From the NCBI RefSeq assembly GCF_900187275.1, contig NZ_LT906458.1, forward strand, positions 2,160,001 to 2,192,000: DNA of 32,000 bases, read 5' to 3'. Made by a program: the position numbers and the translations under genes. The notes beneath the pieces are model-generated. The model saw only the letters and a list, made by a program, of their open reading frames with translations. It had not been told where the DNA came from and made no database searches. How positions within the stretch are numbered: the stretch's first letter is position 1; every line of letters starts with the position of its first letter. This DNA comes from Pasteurella multocida (GTDB lineage Bacteria > Pseudomonadota > Gammaproteobacteria > Enterobacterales > Pasteurellaceae). Of this stretch, positions 21,405 to 29,041 are shown in pieces.

Positions 21405-22409
21405 ATGACTAGAAAACCAAAAAAACTCCTTAATCATCCAAATGATGTGCCTGCGGAGCAATTAGAAGGGTTGCTCTATGCATGCCATGGGAAACTTTCA
21501 AAAGTAGAGGGTTATAGTGGAGTGATTCGTACAGATATTGCAGATCAGCAAGTCGTCGTGGTTACTGGTGGTGGTAGTGGACATGAACCGATGTTTGCGG
21601 GCTTTGTGGGGAAAGGATTAGCAGACGCTGCGGCACTGGGTGAAATTTTTACTTCACCTTCTCCAGATATTATTATCGAAACGACTAAAGCCGCACAAAA
21701 AGGTCAAGGTGTTCTTTTCGTCTATGGTAATTATGCTGGGGATAATATGAATTTTGATATTGCGGCAGAATTATTAGAAGAAGAAGGTATCACTGTCAAA
21801 ACCGTACGTGTGACAGACGATATTTCTGCGGCACCGCCAGAAAGAATGCAAGAACGTCGTGGTGTTGCTGGTGATATGTATGTCCTTAAAATTGCAGGTG
21901 CAGCCGTTCAGTCCGGTTATGACCTTGACGCCTTACATGAAGTGACGAGTAAAGGGAATTTTAATACTCGAACTATGGGGGTTGCTTTAGCGGCATGTTC
22001 TATTCCTCAGACAGGAAAATTTAACTTTGAGCTTGCAGATGACGAATTAGAGCTCGGTATGGGGATTCATGGTGAAACGGGCGTAAGACGTCAGAAATTA
22101 ACAAGTGCGGATGAAATTAACCAAGAAATTGTTGATCGGATTTGTGCGGATATCGGGTTGCAAGCAGGAGATAGGGTGTGTGTCACAATCAATAATTTAG
22201 GTGCGGCAACTTATACTGAGTTATTGATTTCAAACCGCAAAGTCCATCAAGAATTAACAAAACGTGGTATTCAGGTGCATGACACTTTGATTGGTTCTTA
22301 TTGTACGTCTCAGGAAATGGCGGGGTATTCTGTGACACTTTTCCGCTTAGATGATGAATTACAAAAATTATATGACTTGCCTTGTGATGGTTTTGCATGG
22401 AGAAAATAA
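21405..22409 (+). CDS. DhaK-type dihydroxyacetone/erythrulose kinase substrate-binding subunit
   Basis: VVVVTGGGSGHEPMFAGFVGKGLADAA; VRVTDDIS; GVAGDMYVLKIAGAA; LELGMGIHGETG (hemiaminal His). Confidence 0.92.
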   Translation: MTRKPKKLLNHPNDVPAEQLEGLLYACHGKLSKVEGYSGVIRTDIADQQVVVVTGGGSGHEPMFAGFVGKGLADAAALGEIFTSPSPDIIIETTKAAQKGQGVLFVYGNYAGDNMNFDIAAELLEEEGITVKTVRVTDDISAAPPERMQERRGVAGDMYVLKIAGAAVQSGYDLDALHEVTSKGNFNTRTMGVALAACSIPQTGKFNFELADDELELGMGIHGETGVRRQKLTSADEINQEIVDRICADIGLQAGDRVCVTINNLGAATYTELLISNRKVHQELTKRGIQVHDTLIGSYCTSQEMAGYSVTLFRLDDELQKLYDLPCDGFAWRK

Positions 22410-22410
22410 A

Positions 22411-23037
22411 ATGAATGTAATTGAAACAAAAGCATTATTGCTATATACCGCAGAGAAAATGATGGCAAGCGAGCCAACACTTACTGAACTTGATCTCAAG
22501 ATCGGTGATGGTGATCATGGTTTAGGCATGTTACGTGGATTTACGGCAGTAAGAGATCTGTTACAGCAAGAGAATTTTCAACCTAAAGACATTGGCGAGT
22601 TATTTGTGACAGTTGGGACGAAAATGATGTCAAGTATGGGAGGCGCTTCTGGCGCGATATTTGGCACCCTCTTTCGTGCTGGAGGTAAGGCGATTATTGG
22701 AGAGAATGAATTCGATACTTCGGTTTTTGCTAAATTTCTTGTAGCGGGTTCAAGTGCTGTATTTGCGAGAGGTGGTGCTAAGCCGGGTGATAAAACAATG
22801 GTTGATGCTCTTGTTGCCGCAGAGAAAAAAGCGGAGGAAGTTAGTCATGAGCCACTTAATGTTGCTTTATTAAGTATTGCAAAAGCTGCAGAAGAAGGCG
22901 CTGAAAATACCCGTCACCAAGTTGCTGTTTTTGGTCGTGCCAAAAGTTTGGGGGAGCGTTCATTAGGTTATGTTGATCCCGGTGCTGTTTCAATGTCATT
23001 CATCATTAAGTATATGGCTGAATTTGTTAACCAATAA
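22411..23037 (+). CDS. DhaL-type kinase nucleotide-binding subunit
   Basis: LTELDLKIGDGDHGLGMLRGF; GTKMMSSMGGASGAIFGTLF; KPGDKTMVDAL. Start taken as ATG at 22411, 1 nt after the dhaK stop. Confidence 0.92.
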   Translation: MNVIETKALLLYTAEKMMASEPTLTELDLKIGDGDHGLGMLRGFTAVRDLLQQENFQPKDIGELFVTVGTKMMSSMGGASGAIFGTLFRAGGKAIIGENEFDTSVFAKFLVAGSSAVFARGGAKPGDKTMVDALVAAEKKAEEVSHEPLNVALLSIAKAAEEGAENTRHQVAVFGRAKSLGERSLGYVDPGAVSMSFIIKYMAEFVNQ

Positions 23038-23100
23038 TATTTTTAAGTATAGAAGATAAGAGCGGAAGAAAGTCGTGTACTAAAAAAGCATCATATAAAT

Positions 23101-23166
23101 ATGCCTTTTATACATTTTCTGCTCTATCTCTTGATGGCTATTGCACTGTTTCTATTCGGGAAATAA
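23101..23166 (+). other. Possible 21-aa hydrophobic small ORF MPFIHFLLYLLMAIALFLFGK in the dhaL to TIM-barrel gap
   Basis: Direct translation of 23101-23166; almost entirely a single TM-like segment. No convincing Shine-Dalgarno. Confidence 0.2.
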
Positions 23167-23215
23167 ATAACCTAGAAAGTCAAGTTAGCGTTAAATTTTA
23201 TCATTGGAATACAGA

Positions 23216-24076
23216 ATGGAAAGTAAAATAAAACTCGCGGTCAACACGTCAATCTATGACGGCTATGATTTAGAAACGATCTTTTCGTCAATAAGAAAGT
23301 GCGGTTTCCAGTTTTTCGAATTAGCATATAATCAGGGTTATGTCAGTGATTTTAAAGAAGACCGCTTTAGCGAAAAACATGCGGGTGAAATTAATCTCTT
23401 AAAAGATAAATATCAATTAAATACGTTGGCGCTTGGCTGTACAATGGATTTAGCAACAGATGATTTATCTTCAATTTTTTTACCTCGTCTCCAGTTTGCT
23501 CATTTAATTGGTGCAAAATATATCAATGTCTGTACGACACAATTAGTTAATAAAAATAAGCTTATTCAAAATCTTATTTCGCTCAAGCCTTTGTTAGCGC
23601 GTTTTGATTGTATTTTATGCTTAGAAAATGCGGGCGATTATAATTTTAATGCGTTTACGACGTTAGAGGATGGTATTGAATTATTACATTTATTAGGTGA
23701 TGAACGTTATGCCTTAAATTTTGATCCCGGTAATATGATGACTTATCAACCTCATCTGGATATTGTCCAACAAGCATTGGATTCCATGCAGTACTGCAGA
23801 TATTTTCATGTTAAAGATGTGGTTGTTCAAAAAGATAAATTTAATTTTGTGACTATTGGACAAGGTGAAATAGATTATTCACTTATTGTGAATAAGTTAA
23901 TTGAAAGCGATATCCCTTTTAGTTTTGAAATTCCATTGCGTATATATAGAGAGCTTGATTCTACACCGAAGAAAATAGAAGGTTTGATTCCTTTGCCGTT
24001 AATTGAAACGACATTGATTGAATCAAAAAAATACATTGATGATATTTATAAAGGATTAGTGAATAAAAATGAGTGA
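23216..24076 (+). CDS. Sugar phosphate isomerase/epimerase (xylose isomerase-like TIM barrel)
   Basis: Putative metal-ligand motifs CLENAGDY, LNFDPGNMM, YFHVKDVV, FSFEIPLR. ATG at 23216 chosen over the TTG at 23204. Confidence 0.8.
   Translation: MESKIKLAVNTSIYDGYDLETIFSSIRKCGFQFFELAYNQGYVSDFKEDRFSEKHAGEINLLKDKYQLNTLALGCTMDLATDDLSSIFLPRLQFAHLIGAKYINVCTTQLVNKNKLIQNLISLKPLLARFDCILCLENAGDYNFNAFTTLEDGIELLHLLGDERYALNFDPGNMMTYQPHLDIVQQALDSMQYCRYFHVKDVVVQKDKFNFVTIGQGEIDYSLIVNKLIESDIPFSFEIPLRIYRELDSTPKKIEGLIPLPLIETTLIESKKYIDDIYKGLVNKNE
23297..23305 (+). repeat. DNA uptake signal core AAGTGCGGT
   Basis: Exact 9-mer inside the xylose-isomerase-like gene. Confidence 0.8.
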
Positions 24077-25022
24077 AGAAGAAATGGATTTATTAACCGA
24101 GATTGCAGTTTCTTACTATGAACATGAGTTAACGCAAGAGGAAATTGCAAACCGATTTAATATCTCTCGAGTTAAGATTGGTCGGTTATTAAAGAAAGCC
24201 CGTCAGGAAGGGATTGTTGAAATTAATGTGAAATATCACCCGATTTTCACATCAAAATTAGAACAGCGTTTGATAGAACAGTTTGGTATTCATCGCGCCT
24301 TAATTGCTATTGATACTCAGAATGAAGTAGAACAGCGCAAACAAGTCGCTGCGTTAGTAAATGCCTATTTATCCAGTACGTTAAAAGACGGTATGACAGT
24401 AGCAGTTGGGCAAGGACGAAATGTAGCCGCCGTTGGAGAATATGTGGGCGTTTTTCCTGAGCGAAATTGTAAGTTCATTTGTGGTATCGGTGGTACACAT
24501 CGAATAGGTCCACCAATAGATGCTGACCATATTTGCCGTAACTTAGCGCGTAAATTTAATGGCACTAACGAAACGTTGTATTCCCCTGCTTATTTAGAAA
24601 AGCCCGAATTTAGAGATATTTTTTTACAAAATGGGGTAATAAAAGAAACGCTTGATAAAGCTCGCAAAGCGGATATTGCTTTGGTTGGCATCGGTGATAT
24701 GAATGAGAATAGCTATATGGTTCAGTTGGGATGGTTTACTCCTCAGGAAATTACGCATGCACGCATGAATTTAGGTGTGGTAGGTGAGATTGCAGGCTAT
24801 GGCTTTTTTAACTTTCAAGGAGAGCCTGCGGATACAGTGATGAATAACCGAGTGATTGGTTTAAGTCTTGAAGATTTAAGAAAGATACCTTGCGTGATAG
24901 GCATCGCTTCTGAAAATACAAAAGCGACGGCAATTTTGGGCGCTTTAAGAACAGGAATTATTAATATTATTGCTACAACCGCCAGCAACATTAACACAAT
25001 TTTGAGTTTAACGAAAAGTTAA
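24069..25022 (+). CDS. SorC/DeoR-type sugar-binding transcriptional regulator
   Basis: HTH: YYEHELTQEEIANRFNISRVKIGRLLKKARQEGIVEI; sugar-binding domain with VGIGDMNENSYMVQLGW, DTVMNNRVIGLSLEDLRKIPCVIGIASENTKATAILGALRTG; overlaps the preceding gene by 8 nt. Confidence 0.92.
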   Translation: MSEEEMDLLTEIAVSYYEHELTQEEIANRFNISRVKIGRLLKKARQEGIVEINVKYHPIFTSKLEQRLIEQFGIHRALIAIDTQNEVEQRKQVAALVNAYLSSTLKDGMTVAVGQGRNVAAVGEYVGVFPERNCKFICGIGGTHRIGPPIDADHICRNLARKFNGTNETLYSPAYLEKPEFRDIFLQNGVIKETLDKARKADIALVGIGDMNENSYMVQLGWFTPQEITHARMNLGVVGEIAGYGFFNFQGEPADTVMNNRVIGLSLEDLRKIPCVIGIASENTKATAILGALRTGIINIIATTASNINTILSLTKS

Positions 25023-25043
25023 GATACTGATAAGGAGCTAAAA

Positions 25044-25499
25044 ATGAAAATCGCCATTGGCTGTGATGATGCGGCTTATAATTTGAAGGTGGAATTAATT
25101 AAGTTTTTAACTTCCCTTGGCATTGAATGTGATGATTTTGGTGCGGGTGCTGGTGATACAACACTGTATCCGAATGTTGCTGAGAAAGTCGCAATCGCTG
25201 TCGCAAAAGGAGAATATGACAGAGGCATTTTAACCTGTGGAACAGGAATTGGTATGTGCATTACTGCGAATAAGATTCCTGGGATTCGTGCTGCTGTGTG
25301 TCATGATGTTTTTTCTGCAGAGCGAGCAAGAAAGAGTAATGATGCGCAGATTATTTGTTTTGGTGAAAGGGTTATCGGTGTCGAATTGGCCAAAGCATTA
25401 TTAAAAACGTGGTTAGCGTGTGACTTCGCAGGTGGTGGTTCTACACCTAAAGTTGCGCAAATTAATGAAATTGATTCTAAATATCATCGCTCTTTATAG
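25044..25499 (+). CDS. RpiB/LacAB-family isomerase, candidate EryI-like (D-erythrulose-4-phosphate isomerase) or RpiB
   Basis: MKIAIGCDDAAYNLKVELIKFL; GILTCGTGIGMCITANKIPGIRAAVCHDVFSAERARKSNDAQIICFG. Confidence 0.9.
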   Translation: MKIAIGCDDAAYNLKVELIKFLTSLGIECDDFGAGAGDTTLYPNVAEKVAIAVAKGEYDRGILTCGTGIGMCITANKIPGIRAAVCHDVFSAERARKSNDAQIICFGERVIGVELAKALLKTWLACDFAGGGSTPKVAQINEIDSKYHRSL

Positions 25500-25547
25500 C
25501 GATATTAGAATTGAATGTGTTCTTATTTTAACAATAGGGTGTGACTT

Positions 25548-26525
25548 ATGAAAAAACTTAATCTTATTTCTTCTGCGATAGTATTAACAATGTTTTCTAG
25601 TGCGTCTATTGCGGCCAGCAACTACACATTTGCTTTGAGTCATTATGGTTCACCAAGTGATACGGTGACAAAAGCGACAGAGTTAATGGCAAAAAGAGCG
25701 CATGAATTATCTAATGGTCGCATTACCATAAAATTACATCCGAATAGTGAATTAGGTAATTCAGGTGCACAAATTGATGGTGTGCGTATGGGGACAATTG
25801 ATATTGTGGTTGTGGGAAATCCATATTATACCACTTTCAATGAAGAGCTAAATTTACTTGATTTACCTTTCTTATTCCGTGATGAAGCACATGTTGAAAA
25901 AGTTTTAGCAGGCGATGTTGGTGAGCATTTGTTAGCTTCTTTTGAAAAAGTGGGGCTTAAAGGTCTAGCGTTTTATGAAGTCGGCTTTAGAGATATTACC
26001 AATAATAAACGCCCTATCAGTACAGTCAAAGATTTATCCCATTTGAAATTAAGAACGACACCAAATCCAGCACATATTTCTGCATTTAAAGAATGGGGTG
26101 TGAATCCAACACCAATGCCATTTAATGAAGTCTATTTTTCTTTAAAAACAGGGGTCATCGATGGCCAAGAGAACCCAGTTCATCATATTTATAACAATAA
26201 CTTACAAGAAGTTCAAAAATATCTTTCTCTGACTCACCATGCCTATACAGCCGCGCCAATGACCATGAATTTAGATACCTTTAATTCTTTGGATAAAGAA
26301 ACGCAGCGTATTTTATTACAAGTGGCTAAAGAAGGGGCAGAGTTAGAAAAACAACTCAACATTGAAGAGAATAAAATTTATCTTGGTAAATTGAAAGAAC
26401 AAGGAATGGAAATTGAGTATTCCCCAGATACGGCGTCATTCCAAGAAGGTGCTAAAAAAGCATGGCATGATTATGCGAAAAAATTTGGTGACAAATTAAT
26501 TAATAAAGTGGTTGAAACTCAATAA
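25548..26525 (+). CDS. TRAP transporter substrate-binding protein DctP (TRAP system 2)
   Basis: Signal peptide; DLSHLKLRTTPNPAHISAFKEWGVNPTPMPFNEVYFSLKTGVIDGQENPVHHIY. Confidence 0.94.
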   Translation: MKKLNLISSAIVLTMFSSASIAASNYTFALSHYGSPSDTVTKATELMAKRAHELSNGRITIKLHPNSELGNSGAQIDGVRMGTIDIVVVGNPYYTTFNEELNLLDLPFLFRDEAHVEKVLAGDVGEHLLASFEKVGLKGLAFYEVGFRDITNNKRPISTVKDLSHLKLRTTPNPAHISAFKEWGVNPTPMPFNEVYFSLKTGVIDGQENPVHHIYNNNLQEVQKYLSLTHHAYTAAPMTMNLDTFNSLDKETQRILLQVAKEGAELEKQLNIEENKIYLGKLKEQGMEIEYSPDTASFQEGAKKAWHDYAKKFGDKLINKVVETQ

Positions 26526-26534
26526 TAGGTAAAA

Positions 26535-26560
26535 GGCTACTAGTAAATAGTAGCCATTTT
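26535..26560 (+). promoter_or_regulatory. Intercistronic hairpin between dctP and dctQ
   Basis: GGCTACTA-GTAAA-TAGTAGCC, perfect 8-bp stem followed by ATTTTT. Confidence 0.7.
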
Positions 26561-26578
26561 TACATTCAAGAGGGAATT

Positions 26579-27055
26579 ATGATTGAACGTTATAATAAAT
26601 TTATTAGTAATACTTTCCTTTCTTTAGGATGTGTATTCTTTTCAATCCTCGTCATTATGACCTTTATTCAAGTGATTACAAGATATGTTGTGAATATCTC
26701 TTTCCCTTGGGCAGAGGAGTTTTTGCGATTTTGTTATACATGGATGATTATCTTTGGCATTTTGACAACCACACAGATCCAAGTGCCCTTACTCAGAATC
26801 ATGATTTTTGAGAAGTTTAAATTTGGTTGGGTTTTATCCTCTTTACTTTATTGCATTATGTTGTTTTGTTTATTCCTATTAGTTAAAGGTGGAATAAAGC
26901 TTTATACAATGAATGTAAATAGCTATTACTCTGCATTCAAAATTTCTATTTCTTGGGTTTATGTGCCATTTATTATTTGTTTATCTCTAGAAGCATTCAG
27001 AATTGTATTGGCTTTAATTGCGTTAATTCAAACTAAAAAAGTGAGGGATCTATAA
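26579..27055 (+). CDS. TRAP transporter small permease subunit DctQ (TRAP system 2)
   Basis: 158 aa, TMs, VITRYVVNISFPWAEEFLRFCYTWMIIFGI. Confidence 0.9.
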   Translation: MIERYNKFISNTFLSLGCVFFSILVIMTFIQVITRYVVNISFPWAEEFLRFCYTWMIIFGILTTTQIQVPLLRIMIFEKFKFGWVLSSLLYCIMLFCLFLLVKGGIKLYTMNVNSYYSAFKISISWVYVPFIICLSLEAFRIVLALIALIQTKKVRDL

Positions 27056-28347
27056 TGTCATTCATTCTTTTATTAGGGACAATGTTTTTATTAACAGTTT
27101 TTGGCTTGCCACTATTTTATAGTATTATTTTTGCTTCAATTGTGACATTGTTTTATTTCTTACCTAATATCCCTGTTACGATTGTTGCACAACAAGTGAT
27201 GCAAGGGTTAGACACCAATGCATTACAAGCACTCGCATTTTTCTTTTTAGCCGGTGAACTGATGAGTGTGGGCGGCATAACTAATCGTATTATTCGATTT
27301 GTCACCTCGATAATTGGTCGTTGGAAAGGTTCTCTGGCATATATCAATATTTTCTCCAGTTTATTTTTTGGTTCTATCAGTGGTTCCGCTGTGGCATCTA
27401 CTGCCGCGATTGGAAGCTCATTAATCCCTGAAATGAAAAAAAGAGGTTATCCCGCCCCTTTTTCTGCTGCATTAACGCAGTCGGCTTCTATCATTGGTCC
27501 CATTATTCCGCCTAGTGTGCCGATGATTGTATTTGCTGCATTAGCAGGAGCAGGTGTTTCCGTTGGGAAGATGTTTATGTCTGGGATTATTCCTGGGCTT
27601 ATGATCGCATTAACATTAATCTTAATTACGTTCATCATTTCAAAAATTAAAGGTTATGGTAATCATTCAGTAGAATTTAGCCTCAAAGAAGTTAAAGAAA
27701 GCGCGAAAGATGCAGTATGGGCGTTACTCTGTCCGATTATCATTCTCTATGGCATTATTTCAGGTATTTTTACGGCAACAGAAGCAGGCGCAGTTTCGGT
27801 CGTTTATGCCTATTTAATTGGTACGTTTGTTTATAAAGAATTAAATCTGGAGCGATTAAAGAAAGCTTTTATTTCTTCTTTAAAAGGTACCATTACAGTA
27901 ATGTTAATTGTTGGCGCGTCTTCTATTTTTGCGTGGATGATTGCGCGTTTGCAAATCAGCCATCAAGTCGCAAGTTGGGTATCTTCTGTGTGCAGTAGCC
28001 CATTAGAGGCGCTTATTCTTATTAATGTGATTGTTCTTTTTATTGGCATGATAATGGATCCTACCGCGGCATTAACCATTTTAGTTCCTGTATTTATGCC
28101 AATCGTTAATCAATTTGGTATTTCACCTATTCATTTTGGGTTAGTTGTTATTTTAAATCTGATGATAGGTCTCATTACCCCGCCTGTCGGTTATTTAATA
28201 TTCTTGTCAGCAAATATCGCAGAGTGTGAACCCATTAAGGTATTGAAAGAAAGTTTACCTTTTTTACTGTCATTACTAGGTTTACTTATTTTACTCATTT
28301 TAGTACCTGAATTTAGTACATTCTTACCCGATTTATTATTTAAATAA
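27055..28347 (+). CDS. TRAP transporter large permease subunit DctM (TRAP system 2)
   Basis: 430 aa; FLAGELMSVGGITNRIIRF, ISGSAVASTAAIGSSLIPEMKKRGYPAPFSAALTQSASIIGPIIPPSVPMI; overlaps dctQ by 1 nt. Confidence 0.94.
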   Translation: MSFILLLGTMFLLTVFGLPLFYSIIFASIVTLFYFLPNIPVTIVAQQVMQGLDTNALQALAFFFLAGELMSVGGITNRIIRFVTSIIGRWKGSLAYINIFSSLFFGSISGSAVASTAAIGSSLIPEMKKRGYPAPFSAALTQSASIIGPIIPPSVPMIVFAALAGAGVSVGKMFMSGIIPGLMIALTLILITFIISKIKGYGNHSVEFSLKEVKESAKDAVWALLCPIIILYGIISGIFTATEAGAVSVVYAYLIGTFVYKELNLERLKKAFISSLKGTITVMLIVGASSIFAWMIARLQISHQVASWVSSVCSSPLEALILINVIVLFIGMIMDPTAALTILVPVFMPIVNQFGISPIHFGLVVILNLMIGLITPPVGYLIFLSANIAECEPIKVLKESLPFLLSLLGLLILLILVPEFSTFLPDLLFK

Positions 28348-28357
28348 GGAGTAAATC

Positions 28358-29029
28358 ATGAGTAACTGGATTGATTTATCAATGCCGATTGCTAACAACC
28401 ATGTGCGTTGGCAAACCCATATTGAGAAAAAAGGTAATTTTGATTCGGGGGATTTATTTGAAGCGACACAGCTCCAAGTCTCTTGCCATGCATTCACACA
28501 CATGGATGCACTCAGTCACATTCAGAAAGGCGCTTATAATATTTTAGATATTTCTCCAGATGTATATATTGGCAAGTTTCATGTATTGGATTTATCTAAA
28601 CAAGTGACAGAAAATTTGGCGATTACAGCAGACGTACTTGATGCGATTTGGCCTGAAGGTGATGTAGAGAGAATTATTTTTAAAACTTGTTGGGATCAAC
28701 ACCACCATTATAACACGGTTTGTTTTTGGACCAAGTCTCCCTATATTACTGAAGATGGTGCTAAGTATTTAGCGGAAAAGAAACTGAAACTCATTACTTT
28801 CGATTTTCCTCAAGATTATCCTATTCGAAGATGGGTTGATGGCATCATAGAAAAACCTTTGTCAAAACATGTCACTCACCAGCACTTATTAATGCAAGGC
28901 GTGACATTGGTCGAATACATTTGTAATACACATAAAATTACAAGTCACTGTGTGGAAGGGTTAATGATACCTATTGCTATTGAACATGCAGATGGCGCGC
29001 CTTGTCGCGTTTTGGTCAAAAATCTTTAA
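28358..29029 (+). CDS. Cyclase/KynB-like metal-dependent hydrolase (possible lactonase or acid-sugar hydrolase)
   Basis: IDLSMPIANNHVRW; SCHAFTHMDALSHI (variant of HxGTHxDxPxH); GVTLVEYICNTHKITSHCVEGLMIPIAIEHADGAPCRVLV. Confidence 0.8.
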   Translation: MSNWIDLSMPIANNHVRWQTHIEKKGNFDSGDLFEATQLQVSCHAFTHMDALSHIQKGAYNILDISPDVYIGKFHVLDLSKQVTENLAITADVLDAIWPEGDVERIIFKTCWDQHHHYNTVCFWTKSPYITEDGAKYLAEKKLKLITFDFPQDYPIRRWVDGIIEKPLSKHVTHQHLLMQGVTLVEYICNTHKITSHCVEGLMIPIAIEHADGAPCRVLVKNL

Positions 29030-29041
29030 AAGGTAAATGTT

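Noticed and set aside
23216-24076. Hydroxypyruvate or 2-oxo-tetronate isomerase (Hyi/OtnI) of the known threonate pathway.
   Set aside because: The partner genes of that pathway (DUF1537 kinase, class II aldolase, LtnD-type dehydrogenase) are absent, so the assignment is unsupported.
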